NCBI GenBank assembly: GCA_038207335.1
Contig: JBBQZX010000029.1
Location: 14,861 to 78,860 of the forward strand
Length of the DNA: 64,000 nt
Source of the DNA: Chthoniobacterales bacterium
Lineage (GTDB): Bacteria; Verrucomicrobiota; Verrucomicrobiia; Chthoniobacterales; Chthoniobacteraceae
Direction of reading: 5' to 3'
The translations under genes were made by a program, and so were the position numbers. The notes under the pieces were generated by a model. The model saw nothing but the letters and a program-made list of their open reading frames with translations, searched no databases and was not told where the DNA came from. Shown piece by piece: positions 40,092 to 49,819 of this stretch; positions within the stretch are counted from its first letter, which is position 1, and the number at the start of each line of letters is the position of its first letter.

Positions 40092-43000
40092 ATGAAGAAC
40101 TCGCGTCCTCCTTGCTCATTCTCTTGGGCTTTGATGGTCTTGATTGCGTCCGTCGTGACGCTGTTTCCTTCCCTCGTTCGAGCACAGTCTGTCCCCGCCA
40201 CACTGCCGAATCTTCGGCTCTCGAAAGCGGGCGCAGTAACAACGATGGTGGTGCAGGCCGACGGAAAGGTCATCATCGGGGGGCGGTTCACACTCGTGAA
40301 CGGCGAACCGCGCGCAGGTCTCGCTCGGCTGAATCGCGACGGCTCGCTGGACACGACTTTCGGCGTGGATCTGGATGTTTTTGGCGACGTCACTGCGCTC
40401 GTGATCGAGGGCGATCACCTCTACGTCGGCGGCCGCTTCGACTTCGTCGGACAGGTGCGCCGGAGCCATCTCGCGCGGCTGATTCTGTCGGAAGGAGGCC
40501 GGGTCGATCCGACATGGGATAATTCAGTAAATGGGAATAACGGCGTGGGCGCTCTCGCAATGGATGCGGGACATCTCTACGTCGGCGGGGATTTTACAAA
40601 AATCGGCGGGGTCGCGCGGCGGCATCTCGCGCGAATCTCCCTTGCCTCGGGCTTGGTCGATCATGGCTGGACGGCTGATGTGAGCCGGGGAGATCGCCTC
40701 GCCATCCCCGTGGCTTGTCTTCAAGTGGACGGTCCGTGGCTCTATGTGGGCGGTGTCTTCAACGCGATCGGTGGCAAAGTCCGCAAGAGCCTGGCCCGGG
40801 TTGCCCTTGCTGGAAAAGGAACGGTCGATGCCGGATGGCGCCTTGATGTCAGGGCAGAGCACATTTCCATCGCGGCCGTAAACGCAATCTCGGTGGAAGG
40901 AGCGACGGTCTTCATCAATGCGTACCTGCAGATCCGAGTGCCGGCCTCCCGGCCCGCTGGAACCTTGATCACACAGCCTCTCGTCAAATTCCAGACCGAC
41001 GCCCAAGGTCATCTTGTCCGGGTGCCGGAATGGGTGCCCCCCGATAACGTTGACGTTGGCCTTCGCTCTCTCGTCCGCGTCGGAAATACGCTGATTGTTC
41101 CTGGGAGGATCGGAGGCCAGCCGTTCAAGATCGACGTGGACAGCGGATTGGTGGATGCGGACTGGGTGCCGCGGATCAGCGGGTCCGTCGGGTTTGTCGC
41201 CGTGGACGGCGGGCAGGTTTATGCAGGCGGAAATTTCGAGACGGTGAATGGCTCGGTGCATCTCAGCGTGGCTCGGCTGCGAGGCGATAACGGGCGCGGC
41301 GATCCGACCTTCAACGCGCAAGCCGGGGACACGGGCGATGTGAAGGCGCTGGCCGAGCAGCCGGATGGGAAAATTCTCGTGGGCGGCGATTTCAGTTTTG
41401 TCGGCAACGTGCCGCGCCGGCACTTGCTGCGGCTCAATGGCGACGGTTCGCTCGACCCGCTTTGGAACCCCGACGTTTCCGGGGATGTGTCGACGATCGC
41501 GGTGGCGGGGGACTCGATTTTCATCGCTGGCACCTTCGATACCGTCGGCGGACAGCCCCGGCTGGCTCTGGCGAAATTGAGCGCCACTGGGAGCGACGAA
41601 CCCGATCCCGCGTGGCGTGCGGACTGCCTCGGGAATCCATCCACGACGGGGGTTTCTCCCGCGACGCCGAAGCAGATCGCGACGGATGGAATTCACCTCT
41701 ACGTCAGCGGCTACTTTGCCACCATCGGCGGTGTGCAGAGGTCCGGCCTCGCGCGCGTCTCGCTAACCGGCACCGGGGTAGTCGATCCGCTTTGGGCCCC
41801 AGTGCTGCCGTTCACCTCGCTGCAGTCCACCGCATACCCGGGCACCTTTGCGCTAGGTTCCGAGTCCCTCTTCATCGCCGCCAGCTATCCCGTGGATCCT
41901 GACAAAGTGCTGCGGAAGGTCAGCTTGCAAGGCACCGGCGCCGTGGACCCGCTTTGGAAGCCGAAGGTGGGCGTGCTCCCGGAGGGCTACAATGGACCGG
42001 TGTCGGCTCTGGCGCTGCAAGGCCAGGATCTCTTTGTCGGAGGATACTTTACCCAAATCGCCGGTAAGACTCGCAAAGGATTGGCAAAAATCTCAACCAT
42101 GGGAAGTGGCGTCGTGGATTCCGCTTGGGACGCGAAGCTCGGGCTCAGCGCAGGCTACTACCCGCCCTCACCGGAGATCACGACGCTCCGGGTCAATGGC
42201 GACGTGATCTATGCTGCGGGGTCGTTCGATCGCGTCGATGGCCAAGTCGTCCGCGATGTCATCGGGGTCGATGCGAGCACCGGTGCGCTGCGTCGCAGTT
42301 ACGGCTATTTCACTGCCTCCTTGCCGTCCACGCTCCTTCCCCGCGGAAACGATCTGCTCGTTGCCGGCCCTTTTATCAAGGAGGGGGACTTCTACCATCC
42401 TACCAAGAGCGGTCTCGTCCTCGCTCCAATCGCTCTCGCGCCGGTGCTCACGGGCGATGCGAACGACCCCTACACTTTCTACATCGCGCCGAATGCGGCG
42501 GATGGGTCGGAGGTCACGCACTTCCAGTTGCAGGTCGATGCGGTGCTCGGGGGGCAAATGTTTCTACCGGATGGGGTGACGCCGGTCCCCAGCGAGAGCT
42601 TCGTCACCCGGGAGCAGGGGCGGGCGGGGTTGAAGTTTGTGCCGGCGACGGGGTCGCAGGGGGCTGGGACAGTGGTCGCATTGGCGGGCGTGAATGCAAC
42701 GAGCGAAGGGCTCGGCTCGGAGTCGTCCACGCTGACGCTTTCCTCCACAATCAATGTCCCGATTTTCGAACTGAGCAGTGACCACTACTCGGTGCGCGAG
42801 CGGGATGGCGCTGTCGTCATCACCGTTCTGAATCGCAATGGCCTCGCGGGCCAAGTCGCCTACACTCTTACCGACCAGACAGCGCGCGCCGGAATCGACT
42901 TCGACGCGGCGGCAAGCAACGGCGTGCTCGATTTCACGGCGGGCCAGACCAGCCGGACGATCACCGTGCCGATCACGGACAACGGAATCGCGACCGGCGA

Positions 43001-46000
43001 CCGCGTCTTTCTCGTCACGCTCTCGTCCACGGCTGCAGCACCCAATCGTTTCGCCTCGAGGTCCCTCGTGGCGAATGGATCGAGCATCGCCGCAGCACCC
43101 GCCAGTCCGCCGCTCGGCATCGTGGGACTGCGCAGCGGTGCGGAGGTGGTGATCTTTGACAGCGACTTTGCCGGCGGACGCACGGGCTCATTGCTCGAAG
43201 TCGTCGCGCCCTCCCCAGCGCCTTCCGCTCTCGGCACGATCTCCCTCGCACTCAATCCGGCCACACCCGGCCAGTGGCGGCTCGTCGGCGATTTCGTGTG
43301 CCGCGAAAGTGGGGCGACGATGACCGGGCTGACGCGCGGAAACTTTGACATCGAGTTCCGCTCCGCGCTGGGATTTCGCGACGTGCCGCCCATCCCGGTC
43401 GCGCTGCAAAGCGGCACGCATTACTCTGAGGCGGTGGATTACGCGCCACTGAGCGCGCCGCCGCAGCCGGGTGATTTCACGGTCACGCTGCGGCCCAATT
43501 ATCTCGCCACCGCAAGCGACATCGCCCAACGCGCGCAGTGGCGGCGCGAGGGTGAAGCGACATGGCACGACAGCGGCGAAGTCGTCCCCGGCATCGACGA
43601 AGGGGTTTACACGATTGAGTTCAAGCACCTAGACGGCTTCGACGAGCCGACGCCGCTGCTCGCGGTCATCGGCGCGAACCAACTCAGCGCCGTCTCCGTC
43701 AACTACCGCCTCGCCGAAACCCAGTCCGGTGCCGCGCCCGCCGCGCTGACATTTGCCGAGACGACAAACCGGCCGTTTGAGTTTGGCGGGCAGGTCCAGA
43801 CGGGGCGCGGCTTTGGCTCGGGCTTTGTGGTCGATACGCGCACCGTGCTCACCGCCGCCCATGTGCTTTTCGACGACGAGGCCCTCGGCTACGTGCCCAC
43901 CGTGCGCTGGCTTTTTCAAAAAACGCGCGGCGAATTCGAACCGGAGCCTCTGACCCCGCGCGGGTGGTATGTCTTCGAGGGATACGCCGCGCAACGCCTC
44001 GGGGATCGCACAGACCGTGCTTTCGAGGCGAATGAGGCCTCGCCCGAGTCGCGTCATCTGGACGCCGCTGCGCTCTATTTTTTCACCGACACCCAGGCTC
44101 CCGGACGCGGCGGCTACGGCGGATTCCTGATCTCCGACACCGATGAAAATGAATGGCTCACCAGCGCCCGCGCGAAGCGGCTGTCGGGCTACCCGATGGA
44201 AGGCGTGGCGGAGGATGCTCGCGGCCGTATGCACGCCACCCCGGAGTTGAGCGGCGCGCTCAGTCGGGTCAATGGCCGGGTCTTCCGCACGAGCGAATAT
44301 CACGGGCTTGCCGGCATGAGCGGCGGCCCGCTGCTCGTCTCCGCGGACGATGCACAATTCTATCCCGCAGCAATTTTCCTCCACAGCGGGGGCGAGACGT
44401 TTGTCCGGGCGATCGATTCCGATGTTCTCGGCTTGATCAATCGTGCCCAAACGTCGGCGAGTAGCGGAGGCAACAGCGCCAGCGGCGGCATCACTGTCGT
44501 TTCACCGAATTTTACGACGACTCGCTTTGCCCCGTGCCAGCTTCGGGTTTTGCTTCGGACGCCCGGCGGAACGCCGATGCTTCAGGGGGGGTGGATTGTC
44601 GAAGGGCTGCGGAGCTATCAACCGACGGACACGACGGTCACCCTCAATGAACCCAAGCACTACATCGTCCGCTTTCTCCCGGTCGATGGCTTCGCGACTC
44701 CGCCTCCGATCGAAGTGGCGCTCGCGGATCATCAACTGACGACGCGCTCCACCATTTACCATGTCGGATACAAATACACCCTCACCAGTGCCGATCAGAA
44801 ACAGGGCACGGTCGGGCCGTCGCTTTACGAGCAAGCCGCCAACGCTACCGCGACCGCCCAACAAGGTGCCGTCGCCACTGTCTTCGCCCGTCCCAACAAA
44901 GACTACGCGTTTGACCATTGGACGGATGGTTCGGGCGCTACCGTGAGTTTCGCCGCTAAATATCAGTTCCCTGCGACGACGAATCGCACCCTCGTCGCAT
45001 ACTTTCAACCCGGACCATTTATACCCTATCGAGGAAGTTATGAGGGTCTGATCGGCTTGATCACAATGAACGGCCCTGGCACCAATCCGGATGGCGGCTT
45101 CACTCTGAATTTGGATGGAGGTGGTCGATACACCGGAATCGTCAAGCTTCAGGGAAAACGCTACGCAATCAAAGGACGGTTCAGCGAAAACGGGAGCGCG
45201 ACGTACGCTTTAAACACGACTCCTCCTCTCGTGGTGGAGTTAAAGATCGATCTCGAAAACGGGACAAACCAAATCAAGGTGATTTTCCGGGACGGTGACG
45301 CGGAGCTCGCGCAATCCAGTCTCAACTTGGCTACTCCTTTTGACGGAAAAACACCGCAGACGACCACGCCGCTGAAAGGCAGCTACACTTTCGCCATCCC
45401 CCACCGAGCGACCCAGGGAGTGCCGCAGGGCGATGGCTATGGAACAGTGGTAGTGGATGCGAAGGGACGCGCGCGCGCCGCAGGTAAACTCGGCGACGGA
45501 ACTGCCTTCGCGGCCGGCGCGCGGCTGGTGAGCAGATCGCAATTTTCCCTGTTCGCGCCCCTTTACGGGAAGCTCGGTGCCGTCGCAGGGTTATTCACGT
45601 TCGATGACGCTCCGCCCGGGAGTGATATTACAGCACCGTTCGCCTGGTCCCGCCCGACCTTACGCGACGGCACTCCGGCGCTCCAAACATCGCTCATCCT
45701 CTCCGGGTCGCGATACGCGTCGCCTGCGTTCGACTTTTCCGCTGCTACATTCTCTGTGTCTGGCGGTGCCCTTACTCCTCCTGTCCCTGTAAAATCGATC
45801 ACCCTCGATCCAGCAAAGAACCGCGGCAGCGGCGTGGCGGGGGATGGATTTTCCATCCGAGTAGCCCCTGCCACTGGTTTACTTTCCGGGAGTTTTCTCG
45901 ACCCGACGGGCAAGCCCCGTCCTTTCTTCGGAGCACTTCTGCAGAAATCGCGGACCGGGCAGGGCTTTTTCCGTGGCCCAGCGGGTCAATTAGGCTCCTT

Positions 46001-46022
46001 CGAACTGATTGCGATCCCGTAG
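40092..46022 (+). CDS. Giant secreted protein: delta-60-type propeller repeats, Calx-beta, trypsin-like serine protease, C-terminal beta-rich domain
   Basis: Signal peptide; 14 repeats of the QxDGK-I-GGxF type; Calx-beta (LDFTAGQTSRTITVPITDN); triad LTAAH, HLDAAA, GMSGGP. Confidence 0.85.
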   Translation: MKNSRPPCSFSWALMVLIASVVTLFPSLVRAQSVPATLPNLRLSKAGAVTTMVVQADGKVIIGGRFTLVNGEPRAGLARLNRDGSLDTTFGVDLDVFGDVTALVIEGDHLYVGGRFDFVGQVRRSHLARLILSEGGRVDPTWDNSVNGNNGVGALAMDAGHLYVGGDFTKIGGVARRHLARISLASGLVDHGWTADVSRGDRLAIPVACLQVDGPWLYVGGVFNAIGGKVRKSLARVALAGKGTVDAGWRLDVRAEHISIAAVNAISVEGATVFINAYLQIRVPASRPAGTLITQPLVKFQTDAQGHLVRVPEWVPPDNVDVGLRSLVRVGNTLIVPGRIGGQPFKIDVDSGLVDADWVPRISGSVGFVAVDGGQVYAGGNFETVNGSVHLSVARLRGDNGRGDPTFNAQAGDTGDVKALAEQPDGKILVGGDFSFVGNVPRRHLLRLNGDGSLDPLWNPDVSGDVSTIAVAGDSIFIAGTFDTVGGQPRLALAKLSATGSDEPDPAWRADCLGNPSTTGVSPATPKQIATDGIHLYVSGYFATIGGVQRSGLARVSLTGTGVVDPLWAPVLPFTSLQSTAYPGTFALGSESLFIAASYPVDPDKVLRKVSLQGTGAVDPLWKPKVGVLPEGYNGPVSALALQGQDLFVGGYFTQIAGKTRKGLAKISTMGSGVVDSAWDAKLGLSAGYYPPSPEITTLRVNGDVIYAAGSFDRVDGQVVRDVIGVDASTGALRRSYGYFTASLPSTLLPRGNDLLVAGPFIKEGDFYHPTKSGLVLAPIALAPVLTGDANDPYTFYIAPNAADGSEVTHFQLQVDAVLGGQMFLPDGVTPVPSESFVTREQGRAGLKFVPATGSQGAGTVVALAGVNATSEGLGSESSTLTLSSTINVPIFELSSDHYSVRERDGAVVITVLNRNGLAGQVAYTLTDQTARAGIDFDAAASNGVLDFTAGQTSRTITVPITDNGIATGDRVFLVTLSSTAAAPNRFASRSLVANGSSIAAAPASPPLGIVGLRSGAEVVIFDSDFAGGRTGSLLEVVAPSPAPSALGTISLALNPATPGQWRLVGDFVCRESGATMTGLTRGNFDIEFRSALGFRDVPPIPVALQSGTHYSEAVDYAPLSAPPQPGDFTVTLRPNYLATASDIAQRAQWRREGEATWHDSGEVVPGIDEGVYTIEFKHLDGFDEPTPLLAVIGANQLSAVSVNYRLAETQSGAAPAALTFAETTNRPFEFGGQVQTGRGFGSGFVVDTRTVLTAAHVLFDDEALGYVPTVRWLFQKTRGEFEPEPLTPRGWYVFEGYAAQRLGDRTDRAFEANEASPESRHLDAAALYFFTDTQAPGRGGYGGFLISDTDENEWLTSARAKRLSGYPMEGVAEDARGRMHATPELSGALSRVNGRVFRTSEYHGLAGMSGGPLLVSADDAQFYPAAIFLHSGGETFVRAIDSDVLGLINRAQTSASSGGNSASGGITVVSPNFTTTRFAPCQLRVLLRTPGGTPMLQGGWIVEGLRSYQPTDTTVTLNEPKHYIVRFLPVDGFATPPPIEVALADHQLTTRSTIYHVGYKYTLTSADQKQGTVGPSLYEQAANATATAQQGAVATVFARPNKDYAFDHWTDGSGATVSFAAKYQFPATTNRTLVAYFQPGPFIPYRGSYEGLIGLITMNGPGTNPDGGFTLNLDGGGRYTGIVKLQGKRYAIKGRFSENGSATYALNTTPPLVVELKIDLENGTNQIKVIFRDGDAELAQSSLNLATPFDGKTPQTTTPLKGSYTFAIPHRATQGVPQGDGYGTVVVDAKGRARAAGKLGDGTAFAAGARLVSRSQFSLFAPLYGKLGAVAGLFTFDDAPPGSDITAPFAWSRPTLRDGTPALQTSLILSGSRYASPAFDFSAATFSVSGGALTPPVPVKSITLDPAKNRGSGVAGDGFSIRVAPATGLLSGSFLDPTGKPRPFFGALLQKSRTGQGFFRGPAGQLGSFELIAIP

Positions 46023-46068
46023 CACGGAGCAGATCGTGGACACAATCCTTCGCCTCGACTCAACGCGA

Positions 46069-49000
46069 ATGACGCTCCCTTTCTCGCGCGCAGTGTGGTG
46101 CGTCGCGCTTCTGATGCTCTCGCCTTGCGCACATTCCCAGCAGGCGCCAGCGCAGTTTGCGGAGCTCGTGGAGAAGGAGGAGACGGTGGAGATGCAAAAG
46201 CCGGGCACGGCGTGGAAGGTGGCGGACAAGGGGGCGAAGCTGGCGATCAAGGACAAGCTGCGGACGGGGGAGTTCAGTCGCGCGGTGGTGCGGCTGCTCG
46301 ATCTGAATTTGCTGCGGGTCGACGAGCTTTCGACCATCGAGATTTCGGCGCCACTTTCACCGGGTGGAAAAGGCACCCTCGAGGTCAAACAGGGGGGCAC
46401 TTACTTTTTTAGTCGCGAGAAAGCGCAGGAGATGCAAATCCGCACACCGGCGGTGAATGGCGCGCTGCGCGGGACGGAATTTGCGCTGCGGGTGGCTGAG
46501 AACGGGCGGACGGTGCTGACGATGTTCGAGGGCGAGGTGGAATTGAGCAATCCGCAGGGGCGCGTGCTGCTGAAGAGCGGCGAGCAGGGCGATGTCGAGG
46601 TGGGAGGCGTGCCGCGCAAAACCGCCGTGATCGACGCGGTGAACATCATCCAGTGGTGTCTCTACTATCCTGGCGTGCTCGATCCGGCAGGACTTGGCTT
46701 GAGCGCTGGTGAGGAGCGCGAGCTGACTGCTTCGCTCGCCGCGTATCGCGCCGGTGACTTGCTCGGGGCGCTCGCGAAGCACCCGCACGCGCGTGTCGAT
46801 GGTTCGATGGGGGCTCGGCTTTACCGCGCCGCCGTTTTGCTCTCGGTCGGGCAGGTGGAAAAGGCGCGCGCCGCGATGGTCAGCGTGCCGCCAACACATC
46901 CCGGACGGCGCGCGCTGGAGGAAGTGATCGCTGCCGTGAAATTCCAGGAATGGCCGCGCGGCCCGGCCCCGCAAACAAGCAGCGAGTGGCTCGCGGAGTC
47001 GTACTATCAGCAATCGCGCAGTAGCCTCGAACCGGCGCTGGCCGCGGCGCGGAAAGCGGTGGAGCTGTCGCCGGAATTCGGCTTCGCGTGGACGCGGGTT
47101 GCGGAGCTGGAATTCTCTTTCGGCCGCACAGCACCTTCACTGAAAGCACTCGAGCGCGGGCTCGCGCTGGCGCCGCGAAATGCACAGGCGCACGCGCTGC
47201 GCGGGTTTTTGCGTAGCGCCCAAAATCGGATCGGTGCGGCCCGCGAGTCGTTCGACGAAGCCATTGCGCTCGATGGCGCGCTCGGAAATGCGTGGCTCGG
47301 GCGCGGGCTGACTTTCATCCGGCAAGGCTACGCGGACGCAGGCCGGCACGACCTGCAAACGGCGGCGGTGCTCGAGCCGAATCGCTCGATTTTGCGCAGC
47401 TATCTGGGCAAGGCATTCAGCCAGACGGGGAACGACGCGAAGGCGCGCAACGAGTTCGCGCGAGCGGAGGAACTCGACCCGAACGACCCGACGCCGTGGC
47501 TCTATTCGGCGATCCAAAACAAGCAGGAAAACCGCTACAATGCCGCGGTGCGGGACGTGGAGAAATCGATCGATCTCAACGACAACCGCCGCGTGTATCG
47601 CTCGCAGTTTCTGCTCGATCAGGATCGCGGCGTGCGCGGCACGAATCTCGCCGCGATCTATCTCAACGAAGGGATGCGCGATGTGAGCGTGCGCGAGGCG
47701 GTGCGCGCGGTGGACTCCGATTATTCGAGTGCGGCGGCGCATCTTTTTCTCGCGAACAGCTACGACGCGCTGCGCGATCCGACCCGCGTGCTGCTGCGCT
47801 ATGAGACGCCGTGGTTCAGCGAGCTGCTGCTGGCGAATCTGCTCGCGCCGGTGGGCGGGGGGCCGCTGTCGCAGTTCGTCTCGCAGCAGGAATACTCGAA
47901 GCTTTTCGAAGCCGACGGCTTCGGGATCAGTTCGGTGAGCGACTACTTTTCGACGGGCGAATTCCGAGAGACCGGCTCGCAATATGGCACGTTTGGAAAC
48001 CTCAGTTATGCGCTCGACGCAGAGTATCAATCCGACAATGGCCGGCGTCCGAACAGCGCGATTCAGCGGCTCGAAACGTACGCCACTTTCAAGCTCCAGA
48101 TCAGCCCGCAGGACACGGTTTTTTTCCAGACGAAATTCGAAGACCTGCATACCGGCGATGTGCTCCAGCGCTACGATGCGACCGGGCGCGGGCAGAGCGC
48201 CGCGGACCGCACGCTCGACTTCCGCGAGAAGCAGACTCCGGCGCTACTGCTGCTCGGACTGCATCACGAATGGAGCCCCGGCATTCACACGCTGTTGCTG
48301 TTCGGCCGACTGGCCAATGAGCAGGCGCTGACCGCGGACTCGACAAGTCAAACGATCGCGACTCGCGACAGCACTGGTCGAGTCTCCGCCGATTCGCTCG
48401 CAAAAGGGGGAGGCAGCGTGACTTACGGGGACGTGCTCGGCGCGCTTGAGCGCAACGCCGCGGGTCGAGGCAGTGTGCGGTCTTTCGGCGGTCTTCCGTT
48501 CGACTTCAGCTACCATCCGAAGTTCGAGACGTTCACGGGCGAGCTGAATCAAATCGTCACCGCCGGGCCAATGACGTTTATCGTCGGCGGGCGGTATCAA
48601 AGCGGCGAATTTCACACGAAGGATGAACTCCTCCATTCGCGCGATGTCACCGGCTTAAGACCGCGCGGGACTTCCCCGCGAGCACAACTCCGAGTCACCG
48701 CTGCGGGCGCCACGGTGCAAATACCAAAATCGGTGAGTCGCACCCAATTGTCACTCAACCGGGAATCGCTTTCTGAATTCTTCGGCGAGCCGCCGGCGAG
48801 CGACGATGTCACGGTCGATTTCCATCGTCTCAGCCTTTACGCCTACGACATCTGGCGGCTCGCGCCGTGGCTATCGTTCACGGCTGGCGTGGGCTTCGAC
48901 CAGATCGAATATCCCGAAAACTTCCGCAGCCCACCGGTCGATGATCGCACGACGGAGTTCGACCGAGTTTCGCCGAAGCTCGGCTTCATTCTCACGCCGT

Positions 49001-49812
49001 TGCGCGGGACGACAATCCGCGGTGCCTACACCGAGTCGATCGGCGGGGCGAGCTTCGATGAAAGCATCCGGCTCGAGCCAACACAAATCGCCGGCTTCAA
49101 TCAGTCGTATCGGACGCTCATTTCGGAATCGGTTGCCGGCTCCGTCGCCGCGCCGATTTACAAAAGCTACGGGTTGAGCCTGGAGCAGAAGCTCCGTTCG
49201 AGCACGTATCTAGGAGTCGAGCTTAACCGCGTGGAGCAGGATGTTGATCGCGTCGTGGGCGCGTTCGATTACTTTCCCGCGAACGAATCCAACGGATTCC
49301 CCGACGCGATCGTTCCCTCTTCGCTGCGCGAAAAACTCTCCTATTCCGAGGAGTCCGCGACCGCAACAATCAACCAGCTCGCGGGCGATTGCTGGGCTCT
49401 GGGCGCGCGATACCGCTACACGCGCTCGCATTTGCACGACGAGTTTCCCGGGCTGACGCGAGCGGTCTTTTCTAGAACGGAAACGACGACCGAGTCGCGG
49501 CTCCACGAACTCTCGCTTTACGCGCTCTACAATCATCCGAGCGGCATCTTTGCCCGCGCGGAGGCGAATTGGTTCAGCCAAGAAAACGACGTTCCGCCGA
49601 ACCCGGCGCAACCGAAAATCGACCCCATGCCGGGCGACGATTTCTGGCAGTTCAATGTCCTCGCGGGCGTCCGCTTTCACCGCAATCAGTGCGAGTTGAG
49701 CTGCGGCCTGTTAAACATCACCGGCGAGGATTATCACCTCAGTCCGTTGAACCCATACGTCGAGTTACCGCGCGATCGGACAGTGGTGGTGCACTGTAAA
49801 ATCAGCTTCTAA
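46069..49812 (+). CDS. Outer-membrane receptor: FecR domain + TPR repeats + TonB-dependent-receptor-like beta-barrel (NsrA-like)
   Basis: LRTGEFSRA, IRTPAVNGALRGTEF (FecR); TPRs including LDPNDPTPWLYSA; beta-strand C-terminal region ending KISF. Confidence 0.85.
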   Translation: MTLPFSRAVWCVALLMLSPCAHSQQAPAQFAELVEKEETVEMQKPGTAWKVADKGAKLAIKDKLRTGEFSRAVVRLLDLNLLRVDELSTIEISAPLSPGGKGTLEVKQGGTYFFSREKAQEMQIRTPAVNGALRGTEFALRVAENGRTVLTMFEGEVELSNPQGRVLLKSGEQGDVEVGGVPRKTAVIDAVNIIQWCLYYPGVLDPAGLGLSAGEERELTASLAAYRAGDLLGALAKHPHARVDGSMGARLYRAAVLLSVGQVEKARAAMVSVPPTHPGRRALEEVIAAVKFQEWPRGPAPQTSSEWLAESYYQQSRSSLEPALAAARKAVELSPEFGFAWTRVAELEFSFGRTAPSLKALERGLALAPRNAQAHALRGFLRSAQNRIGAARESFDEAIALDGALGNAWLGRGLTFIRQGYADAGRHDLQTAAVLEPNRSILRSYLGKAFSQTGNDAKARNEFARAEELDPNDPTPWLYSAIQNKQENRYNAAVRDVEKSIDLNDNRRVYRSQFLLDQDRGVRGTNLAAIYLNEGMRDVSVREAVRAVDSDYSSAAAHLFLANSYDALRDPTRVLLRYETPWFSELLLANLLAPVGGGPLSQFVSQQEYSKLFEADGFGISSVSDYFSTGEFRETGSQYGTFGNLSYALDAEYQSDNGRRPNSAIQRLETYATFKLQISPQDTVFFQTKFEDLHTGDVLQRYDATGRGQSAADRTLDFREKQTPALLLLGLHHEWSPGIHTLLLFGRLANEQALTADSTSQTIATRDSTGRVSADSLAKGGGSVTYGDVLGALERNAAGRGSVRSFGGLPFDFSYHPKFETFTGELNQIVTAGPMTFIVGGRYQSGEFHTKDELLHSRDVTGLRPRGTSPRAQLRVTAAGATVQIPKSVSRTQLSLNRESLSEFFGEPPASDDVTVDFHRLSLYAYDIWRLAPWLSFTAGVGFDQIEYPENFRSPPVDDRTTEFDRVSPKLGFILTPLRGTTIRGAYTESIGGASFDESIRLEPTQIAGFNQSYRTLISESVAGSVAAPIYKSYGLSLEQKLRSSTYLGVELNRVEQDVDRVVGAFDYFPANESNGFPDAIVPSSLREKLSYSEESATATINQLAGDCWALGARYRYTRSHLHDEFPGLTRAVFSRTETTTESRLHELSLYALYNHPSGIFARAEANWFSQENDVPPNPAQPKIDPMPGDDFWQFNVLAGVRFHRNQCELSCGLLNITGEDYHLSPLNPYVELPRDRTVVVHCKISF

Positions 49813-49819
49813 TTCGCGC

